NCBI GenBank assembly: GCA_025558095.1
Contig: JAIVFI010000021.1
Span: 558,001-622,000, forward strand
Length of the DNA stretch: 64,000 bases
Direction of reading: 5' to 3'
Source: Hyaloraphidium curvatum SAG 235-1
Lineage: Eukaryota > Fungi > Monoblepharomycota
Shown: piece by piece, positions 47,386 to 62,533 of the stretch
Layout of the letters: each line of letters opens with the position of its first letter
Position numbering within the stretch: position 1 is the stretch's first letter
Position numbers and translations under genes: made by a program
The notes under the pieces: model-generated
Database searches by the model: none
The model's input: the letters and a program-made list of their open reading frames with translations, nothing else
Told to the model about the DNA's origin: nothing

Positions 47386-49987
47386 TGTTGGCGACAGCTG
47401 GAGGAGCGGGAGCCCATACTCCTGGTAGTGGAGGGCGATTGGAGGGCCCTCCTGCCTTATCCGAGGGTCTTCAAAAGAGGGGGCGGACGTTGCGGGTGGA
47501 CCAAAGCCTGCGCGAGCTTCTGGCCCAGCTGGACGAGGATGCGGAACCGACTGAACTCTCCGCAACCGACTTGGGCTTCGATTACGATGCGGCGTCCGCG
47601 CCGGCCAATGGACTTGAGCCAAATCTGCTCGCCAGCATGTCTGGATCATCTAGAGTCGTTGGTGCTATGGAGAGGACACGTCTCGCCAGACCAGGCCGCA
47701 CGGAAGCGCAGCACGGGCCGGTGCCCACAAAGTCAAGCGGACATGACAAGTTGGAGCTCAACGACTCGGAGCTACGGGACTTCGAAGAGGGCGGAGAGAC
47801 CGTCCTTGTGAACAGTTTCTCGGACATGGGCTCCTTTCGAAGAGACACAGACACATTTGCCGGACTGGCGCCGAGCCGCACTGCTGTTGGCGCTGGCTTT
47901 GCCGGGCATCGCAGCTCCGATGCACATCCTGGGGCCGGAAGCTCGTCCGGAACATATGCCGCTAGCCACGGTGGCGTGTCCCCCAGCACAGCGACCGCGT
48001 ACGTCGATGGTCAGACTGGAAATCTCGGAAGCAACGGCCGTGCGTCCCGGGCTTTGGATGAACGCCAAGCAACCCAATTCGTTGGGCACAATGCGCCCCG
48101 CAATCCCCTGCACGCCGAGATAAGTCGCTTACAGGCGGCAAATGACAAGCTGGCGGCTCATTTGCTCGAGACAAGGCGAGCTCTGGGTACCAATTTGGCT
48201 GCCAGCTTGCGTACGAATTCGCTTAACTAGTGGGCCCCGCTTTCCCCCGCTCCGCTCTCCCCACGCCCTGAAGATGGGGCTCTGTACGAGAAGGAACGCG
48301 CCGTTTTGGAGGTGGAAGCCGAGTGGCAAACGAGATGCGAAGACATTAAGGTAGGCGTTTCAGGGCGGTGGCGCTTGGTTCGACGCTACTTAGGCAACTA
48401 CAGCACGCCAACGACGAAGAGTTCGCCGCCCTCCGAGATCGTATTGCCGAGCTAGGCCATCTCGTCGCAGTGAACCACGACGACTCCTTTCCGCCCACGG
48501 ATTTTCGCGCTGCATTGCGCCAAGAGAAGGAGCTGGATGTCCTTCAAGTTCGAAAACAGATCTGGGAGCAGAAGGAGAGGCAGCTCAACGAGCTGCGAGC
48601 GCAAATGGATCGCGAAAACGGACAGTTGAGGCGCGAACTCGATGAACGCGATACCGAGGTCGCCAGATTGACGGCTCTGTTGACCCGAACCGTTGCGGAC
48701 TTCAGCGCGCAGTGCGACGCGGAGGATTCACAAGGTGCTGCGGCGCTGTTGGCCGAGGTGCTCGGGGAACCCGACGGCTCGACCTTGGTGGAGCTCGTGC
48801 ATGTGGCCACCGAGGCTTTCGCGTCCAAGGAGGCGGTGATTCAGAAGCAGGCGGCGGAGTTGCAGCATCTGGACGACTGCATTGGTGCGATGAGGGACGA
48901 ACACGAGACTATAGTTCGGACGCGGACTTTGGAAATTCGGCGCGATATGGAACGGCAGCTGGAGCAGAAACTCGAAGACCTATCTCTCCGTCACGATCAA
49001 GAAATGACAGAGGCGGTCAGCCGACACTTGAACGACGTGTCCGCGATGAAGGGTCATGCCGCCGAGGTGGAAGCCCTTCGATCTGCTCTCGATGCTCTGG
49101 AGCGCCGGCTCGCTCACCCAAAGCGGCTCGACATCAACGCACTCCAGGAAGAGTATCGCGGCGAGATTGCCGAGCTGCGCGCGCGCTGGGAGGCAGATGG
49201 TTTGGCCAAGCTGGATCAGCTTCGGCGAATGGATGCGGAAGCCGCGATGGCCAGGTGGGCCCGCGAGCGGGACGAACTGAGGCGGCAGCACGATGCCGAG
49301 CTTGCAGAGGCAACGATGCGCGTAAAGCAGCAGTGCACGCAGGCGTACTCTTCAGCTGTCTCCAAGCTGAAAACCGAGTACGCCAAGCTGGAGCAGGTTC
49401 TATCGGGCCGATTCCAGGACGAGATACGCAGGCGACACGCGCTGTGGGAGGAAGAGAAGTCGGAGCTACGGCGCAATCACGAGATGGAGCTGGAGAATGC
49501 CCTCTCGAGAGCCAGGCGCGATCCGTCCGGGGAGCTCAAGCGCCGGATCAGGTACCTTGAAGATATGCTCGCCGAGTCAGAGGTACGGGAGTCCGGGGAA
49601 CCGTCTGCGATGCCAACTCATGTCACGCGCAGGGAACGGCAAGGGGTCTGAAGGACGCCCTGGCCACCAGTGCGCTAGAGCATTCCCGGGCCATGGCTGA
49701 TTTGAAGGAACGTGCAGCTGAAGACCACGAGGCAGTCCTGAGAAACGTGAAGGACAAGTATCTTACTACCCTTCGTTCCATGAGGGACGATGTCGCCGCC
49801 AGCAAACAGCGCAGCCTGGATAAGCTCGAGGCGGAGTGGCAGCGCCGGAAGGAGCGGCTGGATGCCGAGTGGGGCGAAAGGTTGGTCTCGACATGGACAC
49901 TTTCGGTGCCGTATCTGAATGCCGTGATTCAGGATGGCGCAACTCCGTGCCAGCTACGAACAGGGCCGTGAGCCGTTGCGACGGTGA
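47386..49987 (+). CDS. Long coiled-coil protein of unknown function, multi-exon
   Basis: ORFs 47358..48230, 48368..49651 and 49693..49971 with GT-AG junctions; heptad-rich E/R/L/Q sequence; stop at 49985-49987. Confidence 0.65.
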
Positions 49988-50056
49988 AGCGCGGATTCTC
50001 TAGACTTGGGGACATTTTCTTGCGTAGAAGTTGTGGCATCGTGCTGCCTCTGCTTT

Positions 50057-50960
<904 letters not shown>

Positions 50961-51040
50961 GGTGGCGTTGGTTGTGTGCCGCGGCCCCACGCGCGACCGA
51001 TCCGATCACCCCGCACGGCTGCTCACCGCAGCACGATACG

Positions 51041-52508
51041 ATGGACGACGACGGCAGCTTCAACTTCTACATAACGCCGCCGACGCTGCAGCGTGCCGCG
51101 TCGCTGCCGGCCGCAGCCGGCTTCTACGCCGCGCCGCAGCGCCGCGCGAGCCGCGATACGCCCCCGGACGTGGCCGCAGGCACAGTGCTCGCCGGCGGCG
51201 GCCCCGACTTCGCACTGCTCGAGCCCGGCGACCCGCTATGGGCGCCTCCCGACGTCACCTACATAACAAATGATCTTTCCTCCATACTCGGCGCTCATGC
51301 GTCGGACGCCGCCATGGACGGCCTGCAGGGGGACTACGCGACGCAAATGTCGTTTGCGGACCGCCCTCCCGCCGCCGGCGGCAGGGTGCTAATGAACACT
51401 GTGCGTGCTACAACGGACCTTTGCTGTCCCTGCGCTAATCTTCACTTTCCGTCGTTGGCCTCTGTCATCGTGCGCCTGTGGCACACACGCCCTCACTGTA
51501 GTTTGTGCACAAGCTCTACTCGTACGTGTTCCGGTCCGGTTTCTAGCGCTGCTGACGTCCCCGCAGCATGGTCAGCGATCCCACATACCAGCACTACATC
51601 AGTTGGTCGGCGGCTGGGTCGTCCTTTGTCGTGTGCAACGTTCTCGAGTTTTCAAAGGAGGTCCTGCCAAAGCGTGGGCGTCAGGTTGGCTTTCCTGCAC
51701 TGCAGTCGCTCAGGAAGTATCGTCGCAGATTACAAGCACAACAACTTTTCGTCATTTGTCCGCCAGCTAAACATGTACGGCTTTGCCAAGGTCAACAAGT
51801 CGTCCCGTGGCTCCAAGACCCAGGCAGAGAACCAGGTCTGGGAGTTTTCTCACCCAAAGGTCGGGCTCGGCTTCGATCACATCGCGGCGATCGACGTACT
51901 GATTGCGTCCGGCGGAGCAGTTCCATCGCGATCATCCAAATCTGCTGGACGACATCCGCCGAAAGTCGATCGACGCCGTGTCTGCCGCGGGATCGTCGGC
52001 CGACATATCCGGGTCCCTCCAGTTGCAGATGCTGCAGCTCCAATGCCAGGACCTCGCCTCGCAGCTTCAGTCGCTCCAGAACGTACTCGGGAACACGGTG
52101 AAGGAGCTGGTGTCTGTCAAGCAGCGGCAGGACATTCAGGCCGCCATGATGAAGGAGCTCATGGGTTTACTGATACGGATGAAAGGGGATCAGGAGCGCG
52201 GGCTTCCTCGGTCGGACCACGCTTTGGATCGGGGCGGCGAAGCGGGACACGGGAGCATCGCGGCTTCGCACCTGGCTTTGCAGCAGCACGAGATTGATGA
52301 GCTTCTGGCGCAGCACCAGCGGCGCCCTCTTTCTCCGTCGCGGTCCCACACGGCACCGGCAACGACGGCCGCCGTCGGACTCGTTGACCCGAGCTTGACT
52401 CTTTCGGTGGCGATGAACACGCCGCTCCCTCCCAGCCCAGTCGCCGGATCGCCGCTCCAGCAGATGCTCTTGCGGGAGGAGCTCAGAGGATTCGGGGCTG
52501 GCGATTAA
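51041..52508 (+). CDS. HSF-type DNA-binding transcription factor
   Basis: ISWSAAGSSFVV..FSKEVLPK..KHNNFSSFVRQLNMYGF.KV..WEFSHPKF.RDHPNLLDDIRRK followed by a coiled coil. Confidence 0.9.
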
Positions 52509-52603
52509 GGAAGGGGGCGCGCGCGCGCAATTGTCTTTGCTAGTTGTTGGATCCCTCTACCGTTTTTGTGGCAACATTCGAGTCATCCGTCTAGAAGTCC
52601 AAT

Positions 52604-53519
52604 CTACAGATCCGCCCGCACCTGAATGAAGATAGGTTTAGGGTTCCGCGCACTTGGCCTGCCGAGACTCCCACCTTGAAGCCAGGTCCGTAGGGCTCGC
52701 TTGTGAGGACTTTAAGCCCCGAGATTGGCTCCGAAGCCTGCCGCCCAGATTGCGGGCCCGGTTTCGGCTTCCGTCCGGCCTTGAGTTCATCGATGATCTT
52801 GACGACGCTTTCCGTCGTGAGATCCTCCTGTAGGAGAAGGCAGTTGAGAGACATGATCTCCATAGTCCTCCAATGGTTTGGAACTGACGTAGTAATCCTC
52901 GTTCACTGCCAGAACCGGGGCATTGACGCAGGCGCCGGCGCACTCCACTTCGACCAACGTGAAGAGACCGTCCGCGGTGGTTTCGCCGACGTCGAGCTTC
53001 AAGTGCGACTTCAAAGCGTCCAGAACCTTGTCAGCCCCGCAAACCATGCACGGAGTGGTCGTGCACAGCTGCAAGAAGTACTTGCCCACCGGCTCCCTGA
53101 GGCGGACGTCAGCGAGGAACAGCGCCTCGGGCTCCCCACCCTCACTTGTTGAACATGGTGTAGAAGGTGGCCACTTCGTACACCCTCATGGGCGGCATCT
53201 CGAGGAACTTTGCAACAAAGTTCATCACTGAGATGGAACAGAATCCGTTGTTCTGCCGCTGGGCCAGGTGCAGAAGCGGTATCACGGCCGCCTTCTTGTA
53301 CTGCGGCGGATACTTCTTGAGCAGGGCGCGTGCTCGCTCGGTGTTCTCCGGGGTGAGCTCGAACGGGATTGATGGGTCGTTGTAGCCTGTCGGCCGGAAC
53401 TGGGGGGCGCCGCCGCTGCTGGATCGCATCGAGGTGTGCGGGACCGCTGCGCGCGCCGTCGCGCCCGGCATCCGAGGAAGAACAGTTTGGGGACGGAAAA
53501 CCCGCACCGCGAATCGCAT
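52604..53519 (-). CDS. NDUFV2: NADH:ubiquinone oxidoreductase 24 kDa subunit
   Basis: [87 protein letters not shown]. Confidence 0.96.
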
Positions 53520-53637
53520 TTTGCTGGCGGACGAATCGAAGGCGCGTCTGGAGTGCCGGCGCGCGTCGGCCAGTGACGCGCCAACGCGCGGGTTGCGACC
53601 GGCGATCGACGCCCTCCAAACACACACCGACATCGAC

Positions 53638-56600
53638 ATGCTCCGTGGACGCTCATTCGCCAAGAAAACGCGAACTGGACAAGTTGTCAACGTCGTCAGG
53701 GAGCACTGTGCGTCACGTGCTTAGGCTTGTCGCGCCAGGGCTGACCTGGGATTCGCCGGTGGCAGATCTTCGCGATGACATTCCGTGCTCGATTCGGGGC
53801 TGCCCGGCGTGTGCTGTGCAAGAGGCAACGCTCACGGAGCCGATGGGAGTGGAGGCGACAGCGCCTCAAGGGCTGTATCTGCTCGTCCCCGACACCAATG
53901 TCTTCCTGCACCAGGTGGGGCACGCTAATGGATATCCAGCTTCCTTTGTTCCTCAACTCGAAGCCCGGGGACCGTCTCACGGCGTTCCTCTGCACTCCTG
54001 GTGCTAGATCGACGTGATTGAGCATCCTTCTTTCAAGGACGTCATCGTCCTGCAAACCGTGCTCGAGGAAGTGCGCCATCGGGCCATTGCGATATACGAA
54101 CGTGTGCGAGCCTTGTTGGGCACGCCGTCCAGGCGATTCTACCTGTTCTCGAACGAGCATCACAAGTAAGTGCAAATGTTTGTGGCGCAATGGTATATTT
54201 GTGCCTGACAGCAAACGAGGGCGACCTTTGCCGAAAAGGTGGAGAACGAGTCACCAAACGATCGAAATGACCGCGGTAAGCGCCGATGTCTCCGAGAATC
54301 GGCAGATGGCCCTGCAGCAACCTTCCAGCTATTCGCAAGGCCGCCAAGTGGTACGATGAGCACGTGGAATTCAATTTGGGCTCGGGCTTCCCTTGGAGGG
54401 TTGCGTTACTCTCTGACGACGTGGAGAACCGACGCAGAGCGGCAGATGAAGGCTTGCTGGCCTTTTCAGGTGCTGTCCATGTTCTAAAAGGCGGTTCGAT
54501 TGCTGATGTTACGGCATCAGTGCGGGACTTTGTCGAGATGGTACCCGGCAACCCGGAGCTCCACGACATGATTGCTAGCAGGGCAAAAGACGTGGACACT
54601 ATGCGGACGCACGCAGATGCTCTTTATCCCGAGGTTGGTTTAGCCGCGGTTAGTGTTGCCTGGCTGACATCGCGGGCTGCACAGCATCAGAGCTCGCTGC
54701 AAGTTTCAGCAGGGCTGAAGGACGGGCGCTTCTTGGTTGGCGTCTTCAACGTCAGCTCTTATGACGTCACACAAGTAGGTCTACAAGGGTACGAAGCACG
54801 GAACCGCTGGCTGACCTTGTTCACCCTCGGAAGGGCTCTGTCTTTGGACTTGTCGACGGCGCAGAGCAGCAGATACTGATTCAGGGCCGCGTGAACCAGA
54901 ATCGTGCTATTCAGGGAGATACCGTCGCCGTCGAGATTTTGGCAAAGTCCGAATGGGGCCCAGTGAAAGACGACATCGAAGATGATCCGAATTCGCTCGC
55001 CGGCTCCAGCGGCGGCGCTTCGGGAGTGACGCAGATCTTCGACCCGGCAGACGACCCCGCCGGGTTGCCATCGACGACCGCTTCGGCTCCGCGGGGACGA
55101 ATCGTTGGCATCCTGAAACGGAGCTGGCGGCTGCTGTGTGGAATCGTCGATGTCGCTTCTGCGGAAAGGGCCGTGGACGGAAGCCCGCAGAACGTCATGT
55201 TTCTGCCCGTGGATCGGCGCATACCTCGGGTGAAGTTCCGGACGCGACATGCTCGGAGCCTGCTGGGAAAGCGAATCGTCGTCGCCGTCGATTCGTGGCT
55301 GCGGACTTCACGGTATCCCACTGGTCACTACGTTCGGACCGTCGGCGACATTGGAGACCGAGATGCGGAAACGGAAGTCATCTTGCTGGAGAACGATGTC
55401 GCTTTCGCCCCGTTCTCGGCCCAAGTTCTGCGATGTCTGCCACCCGAGGGGGATTTGTTTGCCATTCCCCCTCAGGAGCTGGAATCGAGGACCGACCTTC
55501 GCCATCTGGATGTCTGCAGCATCGATCCGCCGGGATGCACCGACATTGATGATGCTCTGCACTGCAGAGAGCTGGCGAGCGGGTTGTTCGAAGTGGGAGT
55601 CCGTGGGTAAAGCTCGTTCAGCAGTTTTGATAGAGAGCCAATTGATGTCTTGCAATGCAGACATCGCGGATGTTGGGTACTTTGTCCGGACGGGCACTGC
55701 CATGGACGAGGAAGCTTCGCGAAGGGGCACCACGGTCTACCTTGTCGACAAACGAATTGACATGTTACCGACCTTGCTAGGCAGCAGTGGGTTTCGTGCC
55801 GTGTGTAACGCGATCGCCCTGACCGTACATGGAGACCTTTGTTCGCTGAGGTCGGATGTCGACAGACTGGCGTTTTCATGCATCTGGGTGATTCTCACTA
55901 GCAGACGGGATCCCAGCTTGTGCTAACATGGCACCCAGGAAATGACGGAATCGGGAGAGGTATTGTCTACCCGTTATGCCAAGAGCGTGATCCGATCGAG
56001 GGCATCCTTGACGTACGAAGAAGCTCAGGCTAGGATCGATGACGAGTGAGTGCCTTGATCTGGGGTTGCCACTCGATCCGACCGTGTTTTGCGCAGTCGG
56101 AAGAAAGATCCCATCACGACTAGCATTCGGCGGCTGAATCTCATCGCGAAGCAGCTGCGGCAAGAGCGAATAAGCAGAGGTGCTCTGACACTGGCCTCTC
56201 CGGAAGTAAGGTTCCAGCTCGAGAACGAATCGCAGGATCCGTTAGATGTCGGTGAGCGTGGTGGAGATCAAAAGTGAAAGCCGGAATCACTGACGGTGGT
56301 TGCGGTTCATACAGAGCTTAAGGAACTAAAGGAAACGAACGCGTTGGTGGAAGAATTCATGTTGCTCGCCAACATTTCGGTGGCAAAGCAGATATTCCAG
56401 CATTTCCCCGATTCCTCCTTGCTACGGTAATGTCGGCAGATTTGAGCGGCTTCTTCATCCCCGATTTGATCGCCATCACGAATAGTCGGCATCCGGCACC
56501 GTCACCAGCTAGTTTTGACTCGCTTGACAAAGCCCTCGCACCACTCAACATCAAACTCAGATACGATAGCTCGAAAAGCTTAGCTGAATCTCTGGACGAG

Positions 56601-57451
56601 GCGCAGGTGCAATTCGCAACCTTTCCTTTTGCTTTCTTTCGGTAACTGATCGTGGACAGGTTCCTGGAGATCCCTACTTCAATAAGCTCCTTCGCATAAT
56701 GACAACGCGCTGCATGATGCAAGCCGTGTACTTTTGTTCTGGAAAACTCCCCGAGAACGAGTTTCGCCACTACGGGTTAGCATCGGACATCTACACTCAC
56801 TTCACCTCCCCGATCCGACGCTACGCTGGCGAGTCGACCACGGCGGGGTTTTGCTGCACCCTAATTCTGCCTCCTCCCAGACGTAGTTGTTCATCGTCTG
56901 CTGCACGCCAGCATCGATAACGGCGCCTACGTCCCTGCGAGTCTCATAGACAAGGGCCGCATCGACGAGCTGTGCGCGAACTTGAACTTGCGGCACCGGA
57001 TGGCTCAGAAAGCATCACGCAGCTCTGTTGAGTTGTACACGCAGCTGTACTTCCGCGGCAAGAGGTTTGAAGAGGACGGCTACGTCATTCGCGTTATGAA
57101 GACGGGATTCGTTGTGTTGGTTCCCAGGTACGTTGCAATGGCATTTTGTGGCGACATCTCCGTTTGATAGCACCCACATTCAGGTTCGGCATCGAGGGCA
57201 TCGTGCACGTATCTCGCGCGGCAGGAGAACCATCCACCCTCGTTTACGACGAGGATGAGCAGGTACTGCGCCAAGACGAGGTCATCATTCGGGTATTTTC
57301 GAAGGTCGTGGTGCAGATCACGGTCGAAGAGATGGGCCAGCAAAGTTCACGCTCCAAGCTCGTGTTGAAGCTTCTGAACCCGTACATCGCATCGCTGTCT
57401 CCTGAACCTTGCCACGCGGGAATGAAGAGAAAGGAGATCGGAGCCTCGTAG
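53638..57451 (+). CDS. DIS3: Exosome catalytic subunit Dis3/Rrp44 (PIN + RNB)
   Basis: [20 protein letters not shown]; PDTNVFLHQ; ESPNDRNDR; [15 protein letters not shown]; [17 protein letters not shown]; [12 protein letters not shown]; [18 protein letters not shown]. Confidence 0.97.
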
Positions 57452-57459
57452 GATTGTCG

Positions 57460-58222
57460 CTACGACAGGTAGCAGCAGGAGTTCGTTTTTCTGGAACACT
57501 CTTCAGTTCCCGTCAGCACCCCTAGGCAACGTACCCACTTTGCCGTCTTGTAGAAAAGCTTAGACTGCGCAGAGAGCGCGTCAGATCGAGCAACCAAATC
57601 GTCGAGCTTCTCCCCGCGCTGTAGCAAAGATTCCATTGTCTTGTGCTGCAGGAGGTCCGATCGAACGGTCAGTCGCCTCGCATTCCAGGACACCATGAAG
57701 CGTGTGTTGACAGGAAAGTCCCACAACACAGCTAAGGAAGATCTGAAGTTTGCGACTCACCAGAATGACTTTTGTCTCGTCCAGCTCCTTCTGCACCTTC
57801 AAGTATGGATCCGCAGCGTGAGGATCTTGGAATTGCGCCAGGTAATCCCTGAGTTCCGGGAAGATCTGCGCCGTCTGCGACGGCGCTAGCGAATCCCATC
57901 GCGATTTTGGCACTTTGGCCACAAAGTCGTCCAGAATCTTGTTGAGAACAGAGAATGCGGTCCTCATTGGGTATTCGGCGTCGGCAATAAGAACGCCAGT
58001 CAGTCCCTCCAGGCGCGCATGAGCGTAGCCAATGTTCTGCTGCTCCTCGATGCACTGTCGATCTCCCGGCTGGGTACGTTCCGCGATTGTCGTGGTAAAG
58101 AAGGTCAGGAACTCCTGAATACTCGATCTCTGGAAGAAGCCAAAGGCAGAGAGCTCTGCCTCCGACACCAACGTCCGTGCAGGGCTGCCTTGCAGCACTA
58201 TGCTAATGGAAAAAATGCGCAT
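57460..58222 (-). CDS. YKT6: R-SNARE Ykt6 (longin domain, C-terminal CCxx prenylation motif)
   Basis: [79 protein letters not shown]. Confidence 0.96.
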
Positions 58223-58408
58223 TGTCACCAAGAGGAGCTATCAGTAGGACCGGCAGCGTCGGTTCTGGTCGTTGGGAAGAACGGAAGAGCAAACAGAAGC
58301 GTGTGCTCGCGCGCTGCGCGTCCATCAGCCTGCGCCTGAGCCTGCGCTTATTCAGTTGCGTTCAGCGTCTCCCTCCCTTACGCGTAGAGTAGGAAACGAG
58401 TCTTGAAC

Positions 58409-59555
58409 ATGCCAACCAAGGCACGTCCATCTGCGTCCGACGGAGATCAGTACGCCTACCAGGTTAGGCATGGCCTCCGGACGCGCATTGGCCTCCACTG
58501 ATGGATTCGTGGATTCGTTCTCGGAAGACGGAGATCCAGCAAATGATGTTCGTCTTTGGCGAGGTTGCTGAGCCGCTGCCGGCATCATCGCGTCTGATTG
58601 AGGACATTGTGCGGACGCAGGTAGGTAGACTTTTCCCCCGGTGTGCCTCTTCCCGAACGTTCCGTGCTAGGTTACGGAAATACTCAGATGCGCAATCAGG
58701 AGTGCCCGCTCTCGGGGTGGCGTGCGGGCCGCCCTGGTTGCCGAGGACATCATCTTCCTCATACGCCGCGATCGCCAGAAGCTCAACCGCCTCCGCCTTT
58801 TCCTTGGCTGGAAGGAGGTCCGAAAGAATGTGAAGGACAAGGAAGGGCGCGCCAACGATGTTTCTGCCGAGGAAATGCTGGACGAGACGCTGGAAGGAGC
58901 CAGGGACGCGGATTGGGCGGGATCGGGCCCGCAGGCGGGCTCCGCGCAACCTCCAAGCAGTCGGACTTCGCACAGGCGTATCAGATTCAGCTGGGATCCC
59001 CTCGGAACCTACTCGGGGGTTTTGGGCGACATGGACGAAGACGAGGCTGGCGACGAGGACCGGCGGGAGGCTTACACGGACCAGATGGCACGGCTCAAGG
59101 CGGCCGACGAAGTAACGCGCACCATGACCAACGAGCAGTATCTGTTCTATTCGGAGTGCCGCCAGGCTTCCTTCACGTACAAGAAGGCGAAGAGGTTCAA
59201 GGATTGGTCGTCCCTGAGCCTGCACGGCGGCGTGAAAGCGAGCGTCGACGTCGTCGAAACCCTCGGCTTCCTCAGCTACGAGGTCGTTTCGCAGCTGACT
59301 GAAACCGCGCTGGCTGTGAAGCGCGAGTGGGATGCAGGAACAAGGTCTTTCCAACGGCGCTCGGACGCGAACGAGTCGCCGGACGTTGGGCTGGGTGGCG
59401 AGCACACTCTTTTTGCCAAGGAGCGGTCGCTGCGCCAGCCGCTCCGGCCGGCGCACGTTTATGAAGCCTATCGCCGCCTCGAATCCAAAGGTCTCCTGTG
59501 CTATCCCATGTACGCGTTCCTCGCCAACACGGGAAGGAAGGAGGCTTTCGTGTAG
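58409..59555 (+). CDS. SPT3: SAGA subunit Spt3
   Basis: TEIQQMMFVFGE..LIEDIVRTQ; EDIIFLIRRDRQKLNRLRLFLGWKEVRKN; RLKAADEVTRTMT..Y..YSECRQASFTYKKAKRFKDW. Confidence 0.93.
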
Positions 59556-59557
59556 GA

Positions 59558-59981
59558 TCAGACGCTGAATCCAAACAGCTGATTGAGCGCAGTGTCGTGT
59601 CAGCGTCCCGGCCGCCTGTCCTCAAGTACACGCACCTCACCTTCGAGACGATTTCAAACAAGGCTTGTTGGGGGAGTTAGACGAGAAAGAGGAAGACACG
59701 CGGACAGCGACGTACAAGACCCAACGCTGGAGGGAACTTAAGTGGGGAGCACGGAACAAAGACACGTGTCTCACTTACACAACGAAGATGAGGAACGCCA
59801 CTAGCAAGGGGCCCGCGGTAAGCTTGTCCGTCCATCCTGCTTTCTGCACCGAGTGCTGAGTTGGGTAGATTCTCCGAGCAATGCCCACACGCACCTGAGC
59901 CGACTTTGCGACGTTGCCGGCTTTCAGCACGTTGGCTTGGAAAGCTGCGTTCTTTCTGCGGACCGCCGGTGGGGTGGCCAT
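59558..59981 (-). CDS. SERP1: Ribosome-associated membrane protein RAMP4/SERP1
   Basis: MATPPAVRRKNAAFQANVLKAGNVAKS..GPLLVAFLIFVV/VGS/LFEIVSK/LFGFSV* across short exons. Confidence 0.85.
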
Positions 59982-60037
59982 TATTCGTGGGTGCGCGATC
60001 GGATGGGGACGCCAGAACGCACGACATATTCGAATTC

Positions 60038-62378
60038 ATGCTCGCCGCAGATGGGCCCAATAGACGCGGCGCCCGCAAGGTGGTTGCCAAAGTATTCAAG
60101 CGGCATGGCCTGACGCTGCAAGCCGACGCGTCTGGTGCGGGACCATTTCGTCCATTCCCGCGCGATGAATGACCGCAAGTGATTCGGTACCCAAGACCAC
60201 CTCATCGAGCACCTGCTGGAAACCCAAACTAACCAGCAGAGCGAGGAGATTCTCGACCTCATTGCGCGGACATGCGGGCGACAGTGCGGTGAGCCCTGTG
60301 AGGGGAGCACCGCAACGCCGAAATGACTGAGGGGCGCCAGACCGGAAGATAATTGGCGTGCCGGAGCTACAAGCTGTTCTGGACAGCATCGCCAACTCGA
60401 GAGGCGCGGGACGGGGCCAGAGGGTTGCTCGCTCGGGCCCAGTGCTTCCCTCTCCGGGGGACTTGACGTTCGCGGACGTCGCAAGCTTTTTCCACGTCGT
60501 ATCCGCTTTCGAGGTTCCGAGATGCACGTATTCAGCGCAGAGGAAGGCGTTCGAAAGGTGCGTCTCTGGGGCGCGCCCCCTCCCGAAGCCTAATCCTCGC
60601 TCGCAGTCATCTTCGGCGGCCCAACGTACTTGGAAGCGCGATGGACAAGCCCACCTTGTTCCGTGAACGGTTCGAGCTTCTTCGACATAGGCTCTTGCGC
60701 AACGAGCTCTTCCGCGCCGACTCTGCTTTCCACAACCCGAACAACCTGGACGATGAGGAGAGTTTCTTCAAGGTAGGTTTCCAACTGTCCGGTGGGATTC
60801 AGGCTGACAGTTTCCAGATCACGGGCATCAAACATCTCCTGACAAAGGAGAGCGGCAGCTTCTTTGCATTTGGCATGCTGACGAGGATGCAGGACGGCCG
60901 ATACCACCTTGAAGACCCATACGCCCATATTCCTCTCGAGTTCCCACGTGGAGTACGGCTGGCTCCTGCTCCATCTCCATTCGCCCGCTGACTTTGATGC
61001 CGTCCCAAAGCTTGCACAAACGCCGGGCCTTTTCACCGAGAATTGCTTTGTCGTCGTGGAAGGCACCCTCACATCTAGACAGACACTACGACTAGCAGCC
61101 ATAGGCATGCCAGCATCGGAGCCGAGAGCGGTATCAGAGTTGGTTGCAGCCTAATCCAGCTCTTCCGTCGACCGCTTATTATCCGCCCCCGCGGACCAGC
61201 AAGAGTCTTCGGCACATTGATTTCTTTGGTGCGCCGAAGGAAGCTTACGATTTTGTGGGTTTCTGGGCTGCGTCAATCTTGGGAATGGTCGGCGTTTTCA
61301 CACCTTCTCCTGTACAGGACTCCTTGCTGGACCTCGAACGAAGTCTCGAAGATGTCTTCTTCGTCGTCCTGTCCGACGTCTGGCTGGATCAGCCCAAAGT
61401 GCGGCGACCGTCGCTCTGCAAATCGTGCGCTGACCCCTTTTCAGGTGCTCTTGAAGCTTCGCAGCATGCTGGAAGGCTTCTGCTCGTCTTCGAGTATTCT
61501 GCCGCTGGCTTTCATCTTTGCAGGCAATTTCAGCTCCTCGCCGTACTTGCTGAACGGACACAGGACCACGGCCTACCGAGGCGAGTTCGTAAATGACTCG
61601 AGAGCCGATCAAGCTTGACGAGCTTGCTCCCAGATGGCTTCAACAATCTAGCGGACATCATTTCCGAGTTTCCTCGGCTGCGAGAGAGTCGTTTCGTTTT
61701 TGTGCCGGGACCCGGGGATCCTTGGACTTCGGATGTCATGCCGCGGGAAGCAATTCCGACCTACTTCACCGAAAGGGTCAGGCAAAAGGTGCCCCACGCC
61801 ATATTTGCGACCAATCCATGCAGGTGCGCAACCAGCGATTAAGTTCCCTAACCCATTGGTCTCAGTTCCTGATTCACCGTCGTTCTGCTTCCGCTTGACC
61901 CGAAGGATCAAGTTCTTCACGCAAGAGCTCGTCGTCTTTCGCGAGGACCTGGTCAACAAGCTCCGCCGCAACTGCATCATCGCACCCAACGAGGATGACG
62001 AACCCGATCCGACCAAGCACGTTGGTGTTTGTGGTCGTACGAGACTCGGGTGGTCTTGAAGCGTTCCGCAGCTCATACGGACCGTCATCGAGCAAGCGCA
62101 CCTGTGCCCTTTGCCCTTGGAAGTGAGGCCAGTGCTTTGGGACCATGATTCGGCCATGCGCTTGTATCCTGCGCCACATGCTGTAGGTCGCCAGCCAGTC
62201 TGCCCGCGGCAGATGCTTGACTCCTTGGCAGCTGATCCTCGCGGACCGGTTCGATCAATACGTGCGAGATTACATGGACTGCAAGTGTGCGAACCCCGGC
62301 TCCTTCCCGAATTCCGACTGGACATTCCTGGTGTACCAAGCCGCGACGCGCGAATATCAGGTCAGCAAGGTACCGTAG
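60038..62378 (+). CDS. DPB2: DNA polymerase epsilon subunit B
   Basis: [19 protein letters not shown]; [17 protein letters not shown]; [13 protein letters not shown]; VVLSDVWLD; [10 protein letters not shown]; TNPCRI; [21 protein letters not shown]; NPGSF. Confidence 0.95.
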
Positions 62379-62533
62379 GTCTTCCCCATGTACAAGCTTC
62401 TGCTGGACAAAAGAGCACAAAGGCAGGCTTCGTCCGAAAGACTCATCGAACCTCGTTGGCGTGCCCTACGAAGAGTTGTCAGGCAGCTGGCCATATTTTG
62501 CGGCCACACGGACCCACGCTCTGGGCATTCGTG

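Noticed and set aside
51041-52508. Assigning the HSF-domain gene as SKN7 or HSF1
   Set aside because: No receiver domain is visible and orthology cannot be fixed by eye, so it is left unnamed.
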